Shown one piece after another: positions 19,929-29,475 of a stretch of DNA of 32,000 bases (position 1 is its first letter; each line of letters opens with the position of its first letter). The notes beneath the pieces are model-generated. The model saw only the letters and a program-made list of their open reading frames with translations, had not been told where the DNA came from and made no database searches. A program made the translations under genes and the position numbers. The DNA lies in assembly GCF_000260965.1 (NCBI RefSeq), contig NC_017856.1, forward strand, positions 1,740,001-1,772,000, read 5' to 3'. The stretch is from Methylophaga frappieri (GTDB lineage: Bacteria > Pseudomonadota > Gammaproteobacteria > Nitrosococcales > Methylophagaceae).

Positions 19929-21215
19929 ATGACAAGCAAAAATGACCAATTGTCTGGCCAGGATATGATTCGCTGGTTTCGGGCTGCAGCGCCTTATATT
20001 CATGCGCACGGCGGCGCGACTTTTGTTATTGCCTTTGATGGTGAAAGCATTGCGGGGCCAGAGTTTGATCATTTAATTCATGATCTGGCCATTTTAAACA
20101 GCCTTGAAATTCGCCTTGTCCTTATCTTTGGTGCGCGCCCGCAAATCGAACAGCGCTGTCATGCACTGCAGGTACCAGTGCATTATCATCACTGTTTGCG
20201 CATTACCGACGATGCAAGCATGCAAATAGCCAGACAGGTTATCGGTGATTTGCGGATTGCGATCGAGGCCAAGCTGTCTGCGGGACTGCCGCAAACACCG
20301 ATGGCAGATGCGCGTATTCGCTGCGTGAGTGGCAATTGGGTCACAGCGCGGCCTGCCGGCATTATTGATGGCATTGACTTAGGCCATACAGGCGAAGTCA
20401 GGCGTATTGACAGTGTCGCGATTCATCAGCAATTAGAACAAGGCAATGTCGTATTGTTATCCCCGCTGGGATACTCGCTAACCGGTGAAATTTTTAATTT
20501 GTCAGCGGAAGCCATCGCCACCGCTGTGGCGACCAGCTTACAGGCAGACAAACTCATCTTTATTGGTCAACGTGATGCGGCTTTGCCTCGAGAAATCACG
20601 CTGGATCAGATAACTGACTATCAGCATCCCATGCTTGCTGCAGCACAAACCGCTTGCTTAGGTGGCGTTGAGCGAGTGCATTTACTGGATCGATTAATTG
20701 ATGGGGCGCTACTGCAAGAATTATTCAGTCGTGATGGCGTTGGCACCTTGATTAGTGCGCACTCTTTTGAGTCTATCCGGCAAGCGACTATTGATGATGT
20801 CGGTGGCATTTTGGAGTTATTGCACCCATTAGAGGCAAATGGTGTTTTGGTTAAACGCTCGCGCGAACTGTTAGAACGAGAAATTGAAAAATTCACCGTC
20901 ATGGAGCGTGACGGCAGCGTTGTTGCCTGTGCTGCCCTATATCCCTATCCAGAAAGCCAGGTAGCGGAGCTGGCCTGCCTAGCCGTTTCAGATAGTTACC
21001 GTCGTCGCGGTCGCGGCAAACAGCTGTTAGCCGTATTAGAACAACGGGCGAGACAGCAAGGGTTACAAGCGCTTTATGTATTAACGACGCAGACGGCACA
21101 TTGGTTTATTGAGCATGGTTTTCAACGCTCTGATATTGCTGATCTGCCTGTTGAAAAGCAGGCACTGTATAATTATCAACGTAATTCCAGCGTTTTTCGA
21201 AAATCACTCAATTGA
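19929..21215 (+). CDS. argA: Amino-acid N-acetyltransferase (N-acetylglutamate synthase)
   Basis: 428 aa. The N-terminal amino-acid-kinase fold ([23 protein letters not shown]...[12 protein letters not shown]) and the C-terminal GNAT domain ([17 protein letters not shown]) align by eye with E. coli ArgA. Confidence 0.95.
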   Translation: MTSKNDQLSGQDMIRWFRAAAPYIHAHGGATFVIAFDGESIAGPEFDHLIHDLAILNSLEIRLVLIFGARPQIEQRCHALQVPVHYHHCLRITDDASMQIARQVIGDLRIAIEAKLSAGLPQTPMADARIRCVSGNWVTARPAGIIDGIDLGHTGEVRRIDSVAIHQQLEQGNVVLLSPLGYSLTGEIFNLSAEAIATAVATSLQADKLIFIGQRDAALPREITLDQITDYQHPMLAAAQTACLGGVERVHLLDRLIDGALLQELFSRDGVGTLISAHSFESIRQATIDDVGGILELLHPLEANGVLVKRSRELLEREIEKFTVMERDGSVVACAALYPYPESQVAELACLAVSDSYRRRGRGKQLLAVLEQRARQQGLQALYVLTTQTAHWFIEHGFQRSDIADLPVEKQALYNYQRNSSVFRKSLN

Positions 21216-21714
21216 TTTTTTTCTGGCGATGACGCCGATACTCGGGAAACAAAACCGGGGCAAATTCGTGCAAAGCTTTTTCATAAACACGTCGTTTAAA
21301 AAACACAATTTCTTCGACCGGCGTCCAGTAATTTACCCAGCGCCAATCATCAAACTCGGGTTTTTCGTGCACATCAAGCCGGACATCCGCTTCGCTGCCA
21401 ATCAGCCGCATTAAAAACCAGCGCTGTTTTTGACCGATACAAAGGGGTTTATTGCCATATCTTAAATAACGTTTAGGCAAACGGTAACGTAGCCAGCCTC
21501 GCGACTGGGCAAGCAACTCAACATGTTGCGGCAATAAGCCGACTTCTTCAGCCAGTTCACGAAAAGCGGCCTGCTCCGCCGTTTCGTCCTGTTTTATGCC
21601 GCCTTGAGGAAATTGCCAGGAATCATGCTGGGTACGTTGCGCCCACAAAACCTGATTGTCATCATTGCAGATGATAATCCCCACGTTGGCTCTAAAGCCA
21701 TCTTTGTCAATCAC
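21208..21714 (-). CDS. rppH: RNA pyrophosphohydrolase RppH (NudH)
   Basis: (V)[33 protein letters not shown] with Nudix box [23 protein letters not shown]. The track ORF opens at GTG 21738. The internal GTG at 21714 reproduces the conserved MID.DG(F/Y)R N-terminus. The start is uncertain by 24 nt. Confidence 0.9.
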   Translation of the reverse strand: MIDKDGFRANVGIIICNDDNQVLWAQRTQHDSWQFPQGGIKQDETAEQAAFRELAEEVGLLPQHVELLAQSRGWLRYRLPKRYLRYGNKPLCIGQKQRWFLMRLIGSEADVRLDVHEKPEFDDWRWVNYWTPVEEIVFFKRRVYEKALHEFAPVLFPEYRRHRQKKIN

Positions 21715-21854
21715 GGTGTCATCTCTCGCGGGCAGCACCTTTAAGCGCCCGCATTTAATTTAAGTTAAGTTAAGATTAGTCAATGCCATCCGAGGTTGCA
21801 ACGCATTTTGTCTTACAATGGACAACTTTCTTTTTATCAATGCAACGGAACACC

Positions 21855-22508
21855 ATGGCTTTAGCAATTTTTGATCTCGACAATACCTTGCTTGGCGGTG
21901 ACAGTGATTATCTGTGGGGACGCTATCTCGCGGAAAACAATATTGTCGATGCCAAGGCTTACCATGAGGCCAATTTGGCTTTCTATCATGATTATCAGGC
22001 CGGACAGCTCGATATTAATGCTTTTCTGGAATTTGTTTTCACCCCGCTTAAGGAAAATACCTTGCCGGATCTGCTGCAATGGCGTGAAGCTTATTTGCAG
22101 GAAAAAATCCGACCCATCATGCTACCCAAAGCCAGTGAGCTGATTACTTATCACCGACAGCAAGGTGACACCCTGCTGATTATTACCGCAACGAATCGTT
22201 TTCTCACTCAGCCTATTGCTGAAGCTTTAGGTATCGAACACCTTATTGCTACCGAACCTGAAATGATCGATGGTCGTTATACCGGTAAGGTTGCCGGTAT
22301 CCCTTCATTTCAAGACGGTAAAGTAAGTCGTTTAACGACTTGGCTGTCAGAACAAGACGAGACCTTAGAAGACAGTATTTTTTACAGTGACTCTCATAAC
22401 GATTTACCCTTATTGGAGAAAGTGACCTTTCCGGTTGCCGTCGACCCGGACGCCACCTTGCGCAAGGTCGCCGAACAACGCGGCTGGAAAATTCTCAGCT
22501 TGCGGTAA
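21855..22508 (+). CDS. HAD-IB family hydrolase (phosphoserine-phosphatase-like)
   Basis: MALAIFDLDNTLLGGDSDYLW carries HAD motif I, DxDxT. Also IITATN and YSDSHNDLPLL (motif IV). The track ORF opens 72 nt earlier, at 21783. The family N-terminus fits the ATG at 21855. Confidence 0.8.
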   Translation: MALAIFDLDNTLLGGDSDYLWGRYLAENNIVDAKAYHEANLAFYHDYQAGQLDINAFLEFVFTPLKENTLPDLLQWREAYLQEKIRPIMLPKASELITYHRQQGDTLLIITATNRFLTQPIAEALGIEHLIATEPEMIDGRYTGKVAGIPSFQDGKVSRLTTWLSEQDETLEDSIFYSDSHNDLPLLEKVTFPVAVDPDATLRKVAEQRGWKILSLR

Positions 22509-22557
22509 TCCTTGCTACAATTCAGCATTTCAAACTAATTAAATCAGGCCATCAATT

Positions 22558-24000
22558 ATGGATTGGGAAGTGGTTATCGGGCTGGAAATTCATGCCCAGT
22601 TAGCAACCAAAACAAAAATTTTCTCGGGCGCAGCGACCAATTATGGCGCTGCACCAAACACACAGGCTTGCGCCGTTGATTTGGGCTTGCCAGGCGTTTT
22701 GCCAGTGTTGAACAAAGAAGCCGTGCGCATGGCATTAAAATTTGGCCTCGCAGTGGACGCAGAAATTGCTGATCGTTCTGTGTTTGCCCGAAAAAATTAC
22801 TTTTACCCAGACCTGCCCAAAGGCTATCAAATTAGTCAGTATGAGTTACCCGTTGTTGGGCAAGGCAAAATCAGTATTGAATTAGACGATGGCAGTGAAA
22901 AGGTGATTGGCATTACCCGTGCCCACCTCGAAGAAGATGCAGGTAAATCATTGCACGAAGACTTTGATGGCCAAACCGGTATCGATTTAAACCGGGCTGG
23001 AACGCCATTATTGGAAATTGTCTCTGAACCGGATATGCGAAGCGCTAAAGAAGCGGTCGCATATATGAAGAAAATTCATTCTCTCGTACGGTATTTAGAG
23101 ATTTGTGATGGCAACATGCAGGAAGGATCTTTCCGTTGTGATGCCAACGTTTCTGTTCGTCCTAAAGGCCAAGAAAAATTTGGCACCCGCGCCGAATTAA
23201 AAAACATCAACTCTTTCCGAAATGTTGAACGTGCTATCAATATCGAGGTGGAACGCCAGATTGATGTCATTGAAAGTGGCGGAGAAGTGATCCAGGAAAC
23301 CCGGCTATTTGATGCAGATAAAAATGAAACGCGCTCCATGCGCAGCAAGGAAGAAGCCAATGATTATCGCTACTTCCCGGACCCAGATTTGCTGCCACTC
23401 GTGTTGGAGCCTGGCTTACTCGAAACGCTCCGCTCCAGTCTGCCCGAATTACCCAATGAAAAACGAGATCGTTTCATACAAGCGCTCGGCCTGTCGCTCT
23501 ATGACGCCTCAGTCCTGACCAGCAGCCGCGAGTTAGCCGACTACTATGAGTCTGTCTTGGCAGAAACGGGCGGCAAGGCACCGAAAATCTGTGCCAACTG
23601 GGTCATTGTTGAATTAAGTGGCGCTCTGAATAAAGCCGGATTAGATATTGAGGATTCACCTGTTTCCGCCAAGCAGTTGGCGGGGATTATCGAACGTATT
23701 GAAGACAACACGATTTCCGGCAAAATTGCCAAGTCAGTCTTCGAAGCCTTATGGCAGGGTGAAGCAACGGATGCGGATGCCATTATCGAAGCGAAAGGTC
23801 TCAAACAAGTCACCGATATAGGCGCAATTGAAGCCATGATTGATGACGTTATCGCCGCCAATCCACAGCAAGTTGTTCAGTATCGAGAAGGTAAAGAACA
23901 GTTGCTCGGCTATTTTGTTGGCCAGGTTATGCAGGCCTCGAAAGGCAAAGCCAACCCCGGACAAGTCAATGCGATTTTAAAACAAAAGCTGGCAGAGTAA
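22558..24000 (+). CDS. gatB: Asp-tRNA(Asn)/Glu-tRNA(Gln) amidotransferase subunit B
   Basis: 480 aa: [24 protein letters not shown]...[15 protein letters not shown]...[11 protein letters not shown]...[11 protein letters not shown], with a C-terminal YqeY-like tail. Confidence 0.97.
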   Translation: MDWEVVIGLEIHAQLATKTKIFSGAATNYGAAPNTQACAVDLGLPGVLPVLNKEAVRMALKFGLAVDAEIADRSVFARKNYFYPDLPKGYQISQYELPVVGQGKISIELDDGSEKVIGITRAHLEEDAGKSLHEDFDGQTGIDLNRAGTPLLEIVSEPDMRSAKEAVAYMKKIHSLVRYLEICDGNMQEGSFRCDANVSVRPKGQEKFGTRAELKNINSFRNVERAINIEVERQIDVIESGGEVIQETRLFDADKNETRSMRSKEEANDYRYFPDPDLLPLVLEPGLLETLRSSLPELPNEKRDRFIQALGLSLYDASVLTSSRELADYYESVLAETGGKAPKICANWVIVELSGALNKAGLDIEDSPVSAKQLAGIIERIEDNTISGKIAKSVFEALWQGEATDADAIIEAKGLKQVTDIGAIEAMIDDVIAANPQQVVQYREGKEQLLGYFVGQVMQASKGKANPGQVNAILKQKLAE

Positions 24001-24005
24001 GTCAT

Positions 24006-24036
24006 GACTGCGACGGTGCCGTTGACTGTCGCAGTC
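24006..24036 (+). other. Stem-loop just after the gatB stop (possible weak terminator or RNA-processing hairpin)
   Basis: GACTGCGAC (24006-24014) and GTCGCAGTC (24028-24036) are perfect 9-bp inverted repeats with a 13-nt loop. No U-tract follows on the plus strand, so intrinsic-terminator function is doubtful. Confidence 0.3.
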
Positions 24037-24184
24037 GCTATAAAAAATCTGGCGAGCAGTTCACAAAGCGATCGCTTTTGGTTCCCTATCTGGTTTTATC
24101 TGATGTAGTATCGGTCGAGCGTTTTGTTGCAATGTCATGACATGGACGTAACGACCCTTTTTTCAGAATGCCGGATACCGCCAA

Positions 24185-25327
24185 ATGAAGTTTGCTCAAG
24201 AACACCTCACCGCCAAAACGGCGCTGTCTAAATTATCTGGCAAGTCGCCATTACCAAATGCGAATTGGGTACTGGTGTTTGGCTCGGTCAACCGTTTTAG
24301 TGAACGCAATCTGGCCTTGCAGCTACAAAAACGTTACCCCGATGCCCAAATTATTGGCTGCACCACCTCGGGCGAAATCACCGGTGATGGCGTCTTTGAT
24401 GACAGCTTGCACATCACCGCTATGCATTGGGAGCGAAGCCAGTTACGCTTTATCGCGAAACCTGTAAACAGTATGGCGCAGTCTCATGCGCTTGGCGCCC
24501 AAATTGCGAATGAGTTACTCGCCCCGGATCTGAAAGGTTTATTTGTGCTGAGCGATGGTCTCAATGTCAATGGCTCTGAGTTGGTCGAAGGGTTGCAGGA
24601 AGTGCTGCCAAACATTCCGATTACGGGTGGATTAGCTGGTGATGCAGCACAATTCACACAAACATTAATGTTGAATGATGGCAAAATTCAGGATCGGGTT
24701 GTGATTGCCGTTGGCATTTATGGCCAAGACGCTATTGTTACCAGCGGCGCTCAAGGCGGTTGGAAACCCTACGGTCCACCACGACGCATTACCCGTGCTG
24801 AAAAAAACGTGGTGTTTGAGTTGGATAACAAGCCAGCCCTGCCTCTGTATAAAATGTATATCGGTTATTACGCCAATACGCTGCCTTCTTCTGGACTTAA
24901 CTTTCCTTTTGCCATCATGGATGACAAAAATATCAATGTCATTCGAACCTTATTATCCATTAACGAACAAGATAATAGCCTGACTTTTGCTGGGAATATT
25001 GAAACCGGTGCCACGGTACGTTTTTTGAAATCTGACCATGATCAATTGGTCATTGGTGCCAGTGACGCTGCTCGGCAAATCCTGGAGAAAGGGGTCAATA
25101 TCAATGACAAAGCTTTGGCTATCTGTGTCAGTTGCGTCGGCCGCAAGCTGGTAATGGATGAGCAGGTTTCCGATGAGGTTTTCGCCGTCCAGCGTTTACT
25201 GGGTATGCAAACGGCCATTACGGGTTTTTATTCTAATGGCGAGATTTGCTCAGGTGAAGATGACCGCCATGGCCTGCTACATAATCAGACCATGACCATC
25301 GCCTATCTGGGCGAGCATCTTAATTGA
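24185..25327 (+). CDS. Stand-alone FIST_N + FIST_C domain sensor protein (NosP-like architecture)
   Basis: 380 aa, soluble, with no output domain. The strings IIGCTTSGEI, LSDGLNVNGSELVEGL, PITGGLAGD in the N-half and CVGRKLVM...ITGFYSNGEI in the C-half are what I recognise as FIST N/C hallmarks. Confidence 0.8.
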   Translation: MKFAQEHLTAKTALSKLSGKSPLPNANWVLVFGSVNRFSERNLALQLQKRYPDAQIIGCTTSGEITGDGVFDDSLHITAMHWERSQLRFIAKPVNSMAQSHALGAQIANELLAPDLKGLFVLSDGLNVNGSELVEGLQEVLPNIPITGGLAGDAAQFTQTLMLNDGKIQDRVVIAVGIYGQDAIVTSGAQGGWKPYGPPRRITRAEKNVVFELDNKPALPLYKMYIGYYANTLPSSGLNFPFAIMDDKNINVIRTLLSINEQDNSLTFAGNIETGATVRFLKSDHDQLVIGASDAARQILEKGVNINDKALAICVSCVGRKLVMDEQVSDEVFAVQRLLGMQTAITGFYSNGEICSGEDDRHGLLHNQTMTIAYLGEHLN

Positions 25328-25328
25328 G

Positions 25329-26603
25329 TCAAGCAAGCTCTCGCGCTGCGGCAAGTAACGCCAACCGAGCAATCACACCGTAAGCATAGAACCGGTTTGG
25401 CTCCGCATCAGGTTTATCCGCTTTGTTTGGCTCAATACACGATTGCGCAAACGCCAATGGCTCAAAATGCATGCCGGGGGCATTTAAATTTTCATCAAAG
25501 GTTCGCCCAGTATGAACGCGGTAAAAGCCGCCGACAACGAAATGATCCATCATGTAAATGACGGGCTCGGCGACAGCCTGGTCTTCGCCTAGAGTTTCAA
25601 AGGTATAAACGCCTTCTTGAATCAACACATTATCTACCACTAACCCCTCTTTTGCAGAAGCCATTTTGTTGCGCTGCTTACGATTCAGATTGGTGATTTC
25701 TTCAACTGATTTGACGGTCATGATACCCATGCCATACGTACCGGAGTCAGCCTTAACCACTGCAAAGGGCTGCCGGTCAATACCATATTGATCATATTTC
25801 TTTTGCACCGCGTTGAGCATTGTCTCCACATTTCTGGCTAAACATTCAGTACCACTGCGCGCCATAAAATCGACTTCGCCACATTGCAATGTCATGGGAG
25901 AAACCAGCCACGGATCAATATCAAGCTTTTCTGCAAAGGCATTCGCCACATCCGTGTAATGGGTAAAATGATCCGATTTTTTTCGGGTTGACCAGCCAGC
26001 TTTAAGCGGCGGAACTAATTCTTGCTCAATATCTTCCAAAATCGCCGGCTTGCCAGCTGATAAATCATTATTTAACAACACAAGACAAGGCGAAAAATCA
26101 CCAATCGCAACGCGATTTCCTTTACGTTCTAACGGCGCCAAATGACACGTTTTACCAGAAAGTAACGTGACTTCCATTGCGTCTGTTATATCGTCACGCA
26201 AACTGGCAATGCGAGCATCTAAACCGGCTTGCTCAAAAATACCGCGCAAGGTTTCCAGGCTCTCGAGATAAAACAGATTTCGGGTATGATTTTCAGCAAT
26301 GATGAGAATACGCCGAGCGCGAGGACAGACCCGCTCCACTGCTGCCTGAGCCGCTTGAATACACAGCGGCATAAAGGCGGGATTAAGGTTATTGAAACCT
26401 GCCGGGAATAAATTGGTATCAACAGGTGCCAGTTTAAATCCGGCATTACGCAAATCGACAGAAGCATAAAATGGTGCCGGCGTTTGTAACCACTGCTCAC
26501 GAAGCCAGGCTTCTACATCGGTTTGTCGTGCCAGAAGGTGCGACTCTAATTGTAGTAGCGGCCCGTTCAAAGCCGTCGTCAGGTGAGGCACAACAGAACT
26601 CAT
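25329..26603 (-). CDS. gshA: Glutamate-cysteine ligase of the Xanthomonas/Acidithiobacillus type (TIGR02049-like)
   Basis: PHLTTALNGPLLQLESHLL...FYASVDLRNAGFKLAPVDTNLFPAGFNNLNP...IAENHTRNLFYLESL matches my memory of xanthomonad GshA. The track ORF opens at GTG 26663. The ATG at 26603 (MSSVVPHLTT, with AAGGA upstream) fits the family N-terminus. The family assignment has not been verified by a search. Confidence 0.7.
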   Translation of the reverse strand: MSSVVPHLTTALNGPLLQLESHLLARQTDVEAWLREQWLQTPAPFYASVDLRNAGFKLAPVDTNLFPAGFNNLNPAFMPLCIQAAQAAVERVCPRARRILIIAENHTRNLFYLESLETLRGIFEQAGLDARIASLRDDITDAMEVTLLSGKTCHLAPLERKGNRVAIGDFSPCLVLLNNDLSAGKPAILEDIEQELVPPLKAGWSTRKKSDHFTHYTDVANAFAEKLDIDPWLVSPMTLQCGEVDFMARSGTECLARNVETMLNAVQKKYDQYGIDRQPFAVVKADSGTYGMGIMTVKSVEEITNLNRKQRNKMASAKEGLVVDNVLIQEGVYTFETLGEDQAVAEPVIYMMDHFVVGGFYRVHTGRTFDENLNAPGMHFEPLAFAQSCIEPNKADKPDAEPNRFYAYGVIARLALLAAARELA

Positions 26604-26827
26604 AACCAATCGTATCCTTTGCTTGAGCGACATCACGCCGCAGATTACTGTGATATGGGACACAGATTCCCGATTTCAAGTCCTTCATACTCGGGCTAAC
26701 GAATTGAAACGGGGTGTTTCGCCTAGTTTCAAATGCCGGTATTTTACTAGCCGATGTGAACAAAATACGTTATCTTCGGGACTAGTAAGAATCGGACAAT
26801 AATTTATTTTCAGCTACTGCAATCACC

Positions 26828-27238
26828 GTGAGCGAAACCTTGACAGAATTTACCGGCCTGAAAGTGATGGTCATCGATGACAGTAAAACGATTCGGCGCA
26901 GCGCAGAATCTTTGCTTCAAAAAGCCGGCTGTGACGTTATCACGGCTGATAATGGTTTTGAAGCGCTGCCGCTAATTAGTGCAAAACATCCGGACATTCT
27001 TTTTATCGACATTATGATGCCCCGCCTAGATGGCTATCAAACCTGTGCGCTGGTCAAAAATAATCCTGCTTATCGGCAGATCCCGGTCATCATGTTATCA
27101 AGCAAAGATGGTTTGTTTGATCGGGCCAAAGGTCGCATGGTTGGTGCAGAACAATATCTGACCAAACCTTTTACCCGTGAAGACCTGCTGGATGCCATTC
27201 GCCGTTATTGCGCGCCCGCCAACAACAAGGAGAGCTAG
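26828..27238 (+). CDS. pilG: Twitching-motility CheY-like response regulator PilG
   Basis: 136 aa with a GTG start. GLKVMVIDDSKTIRRSAESLLQKAGCDVITADNGFEAL...DIMMPRLDGYQTCALVKNN...PVIMLSSKDGLFDRAKGRMVGAEQYLTKPF is near-identical in pattern to P. aeruginosa PilG. Confidence 0.9.
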   Translation: MSETLTEFTGLKVMVIDDSKTIRRSAESLLQKAGCDVITADNGFEALPLISAKHPDILFIDIMMPRLDGYQTCALVKNNPAYRQIPVIMLSSKDGLFDRAKGRMVGAEQYLTKPFTREDLLDAIRRYCAPANNKES

Positions 27239-27241
27239 TTT

Positions 27242-27607
27242 ATGGCACTGATCCTCATTGCCGATGATTCTCCAACGGAAGTGTATGTTTTACGCCAGAT
27301 GCTGGAGAAACATGGTCATGAAGTCATTGTCGCGGATAATGGCGAACAAGCTATTGAGGTTGCGTTGTCAGCCCAGCCTGATCTGATTTTGATGGATGTT
27401 GTTATGCCTGAACTTAACGGTTTTCAGGCAACGCGGCGCCTGACCCGAGATCCGGAAACGACCCACATCCCGATCATTATTGTTTCTTCAAAGAATCAGG
27501 AAACCGATAAGTTATGGGGTTTACGTCAAGGTGCCAGAGGCTATCTGGGTAAACCGGTTGCCGAGTCAGAACTATTATCACAAATTAATGACTTAACGGA
27601 TGGCTGA
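27242..27607 (+). CDS. pilH: Twitching-motility CheY-like response regulator PilH
   Basis: 121 aa. ILIADDSPTE...MLEKHGHEV...DVVMPELNGFQATRRLTRDPETTHIPIIIVSSKNQETDKLWGLRQGARGYLGKPV follows the PilH pattern. It starts 3 nt after pilG. Confidence 0.9.
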   Translation: MALILIADDSPTEVYVLRQMLEKHGHEVIVADNGEQAIEVALSAQPDLILMDVVMPELNGFQATRRLTRDPETTHIPIIIVSSKNQETDKLWGLRQGARGYLGKPVAESELLSQINDLTDG

Positions 27608-27609
27608 TC

Positions 27610-28161
27610 ATGGCTGACCTTCGCACCTCCACAGACATTATTACCTTGCTACAGGAAATAGAGCGGCGTAGCCGACAAGCGGTCAGTGGTCAATCCACAC
27701 AACATGACCCGAGTAGCGAGCGTTGGACTGGCATCGGTTTTCGTTTGGCGGATATGTTTTTCCTGGCGCCGCTGGATCATAGCCGTGAAGTATTACCGCT
27801 ACCAACACAAATCACCTCCGTTCCCAAAGCACAACCATGGATCTATGGAGTCGCCAATATTCGAGGGGATTTATTACCCTTAATCGACCTGAAATTGTTC
27901 TTGCAGGGCGAAACCAGTCAGCCTGATAAGCGCAGTCGAATCATGATTCTCAACCACCCTTCGCTATACAGCGGTTTACTGGTTGATGAGGTATTTGGTC
28001 TAAAACATTTTCAGCGGCCACCCGCAATCAATGACCCCACTCTACATATGAATATCAGACCGTATCTGCAAGGCACACTACGCCAGCAGGACAGACTCTG
28101 GTATGTGCTGAATTTTCATAAACTCGCCGATGATCCCAGGTTTATCAATGCGGCTGCCTAA
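27610..28161 (+). CDS. pilI: CheW-like coupling protein PilI
   Basis: 183 aa. WTGIGFRLADMFFLAPLDHSREVL...WIYGVANIRGDLLPLIDL...LLVDEVFGLKHF aligns by eye with PilI. Confidence 0.85.
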   Translation: MADLRTSTDIITLLQEIERRSRQAVSGQSTQHDPSSERWTGIGFRLADMFFLAPLDHSREVLPLPTQITSVPKAQPWIYGVANIRGDLLPLIDLKLFLQGETSQPDKRSRIMILNHPSLYSGLLVDEVFGLKHFQRPPAINDPTLHMNIRPYLQGTLRQQDRLWYVLNFHKLADDPRFINAAA

Positions 28162-28182
28162 TTCTTTGCTAGGACTCTTTTT

Positions 28183-29445
28183 ATGAACGCGACCCGCCAA
28201 ATTTTCATTGCATCGCTTAAACAAAAAGCCAACCTTGTTCATCTGCTGTTAATCCTGTTTTTTCTGATTATTGTCGCCGCAGGGCTTTGGCTTTTAGCGA
28301 CAGACCAACACACCCTTATTTACACTGACCCGCGCGTCACGGTGATAATAAGTATACTGGCAGCAATCGGTGCTGTCTGGATGGCGGCAAGACTGGCTTA
28401 TGCTCCGTTGAGTCAATTACAGCAAACTATGGATAACATGGAGCTGCAAAACCGACACAATCAGGATGCCATTTTGCGCTTGCTGGATGAAATGGGCGAC
28501 CTCGCTGATGGTGATCTGACCGTCTCTGCCACCGTGACCGAAGATATCACCGGCGCCATAGCAGACTCAGTTAACTACACCATCGACGCATTACGCAGTC
28601 TGGTAGAACAAATCAATTCGACGACTCTTCAGGTTGCCTCGGCCGCGCAAGAAACTCAGGCAACGGCGTTACACTTGACCGATGCCAGTGATCATCAGGC
28701 TCAGCAAATCACTGAGGTCAGTTCTGCAATTACCAGCATGGCCGGCTCTATCGAACAGGTTTCCCAGAATGCCAGCCAGTCTCAAGAAGTTGCTCGCCAG
28801 TCGGTTTCTCTAGCTGTACAAGGTAATAGCGCTGTTAAAAAGTCGATTCAGGGCATGGATACCATTCGCGAGCAAATTCAAGAAACTGCCAAACGAATGA
28901 AACGATTAGGCGAAAGCTCGCAACAAATCGGTGAAATCGTTGAGCTCATCAACGACATTGCCGAGCAAACCAATATTTTGTCTCTGAACGCTGCGATTCA
29001 GGCGGCCATGGCCGGTGAAGCCGGCCGAGGTTTTGCCGTGGTTGCGGATGAGGTTCAACGACTAGCAGAACGTTCCGGTCATGCCACTCGACAAATTGAT
29101 GCACTGGTAAAAACCATCCAGAGTGATACCAGTGAGGCTATCAGCTCGATGGAACAGAGTACCGCACAGGTAGTGTCTGGAGCTAAGCTGTCCCAAGATG
29201 CCGGTACCTCTTTGGAACAGATTGAAACCGTTTCCCAGCAGTTGGCCGAACTCATCAATAATATTTCTGATAACGCACGACAGCAGGCCAATGCTGCGGT
29301 TAGTACCTCAGAAAGCATGAATGTCATTCAGGAAATTACCATGCAGACCTCAACCGGTACCAATGAGAGTGCAGCGGCTATCGGGCGTCTCTTGCAGTTG
29401 ACCAATGAACTGCGTAAATCGGTTTCCGGCTTTAAACTGCCTTAA
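28183..29445 (+). CDS. pilJ: PilJ-type methyl-accepting chemotaxis protein lacking a periplasmic ligand-binding domain
   Basis: 420 aa. Two TM helices (about aa 18-39 and 55-74) are separated by about 14 residues. These are followed by the PilJ-like linker [34 protein letters not shown] and the MCP signalling hairpin [38 protein letters not shown]. Confidence 0.85.
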   Translation: MNATRQIFIASLKQKANLVHLLLILFFLIIVAAGLWLLATDQHTLIYTDPRVTVIISILAAIGAVWMAARLAYAPLSQLQQTMDNMELQNRHNQDAILRLLDEMGDLADGDLTVSATVTEDITGAIADSVNYTIDALRSLVEQINSTTLQVASAAQETQATALHLTDASDHQAQQITEVSSAITSMAGSIEQVSQNASQSQEVARQSVSLAVQGNSAVKKSIQGMDTIREQIQETAKRMKRLGESSQQIGEIVELINDIAEQTNILSLNAAIQAAMAGEAGRGFAVVADEVQRLAERSGHATRQIDALVKTIQSDTSEAISSMEQSTAQVVSGAKLSQDAGTSLEQIETVSQQLAELINNISDNARQQANAAVSTSESMNVIQEITMQTSTGTNESAAAIGRLLQLTNELRKSVSGFKLP

Positions 29446-29475
29446 CTCCCTACGCGCCGATTCCGGAGAAGCCAG

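Noticed and set aside
21165-21180. CTGTATAATTATCAAC resembling a LexA SOS box
   Set aside because: The right half-site is CAAC rather than ACAG, and the sequence lies inside the argA coding region.
24068-24075. GCGATCGC (HIP1-like octamer), also present at 15604-15611
   Set aside because: Two copies in 32 kb is not clearly above the chance expectation of about 0.5. There is no sign of an iterated-palindrome family, and the gene content is proteobacterial, not cyanobacterial.
26497-26763. 88-aa minus-strand ORF spanning the gshA 5' end and the spacer
   Set aside because: It is out of frame with, and overlaps, the gshA N-terminus. It has no SD and no recognisable features.
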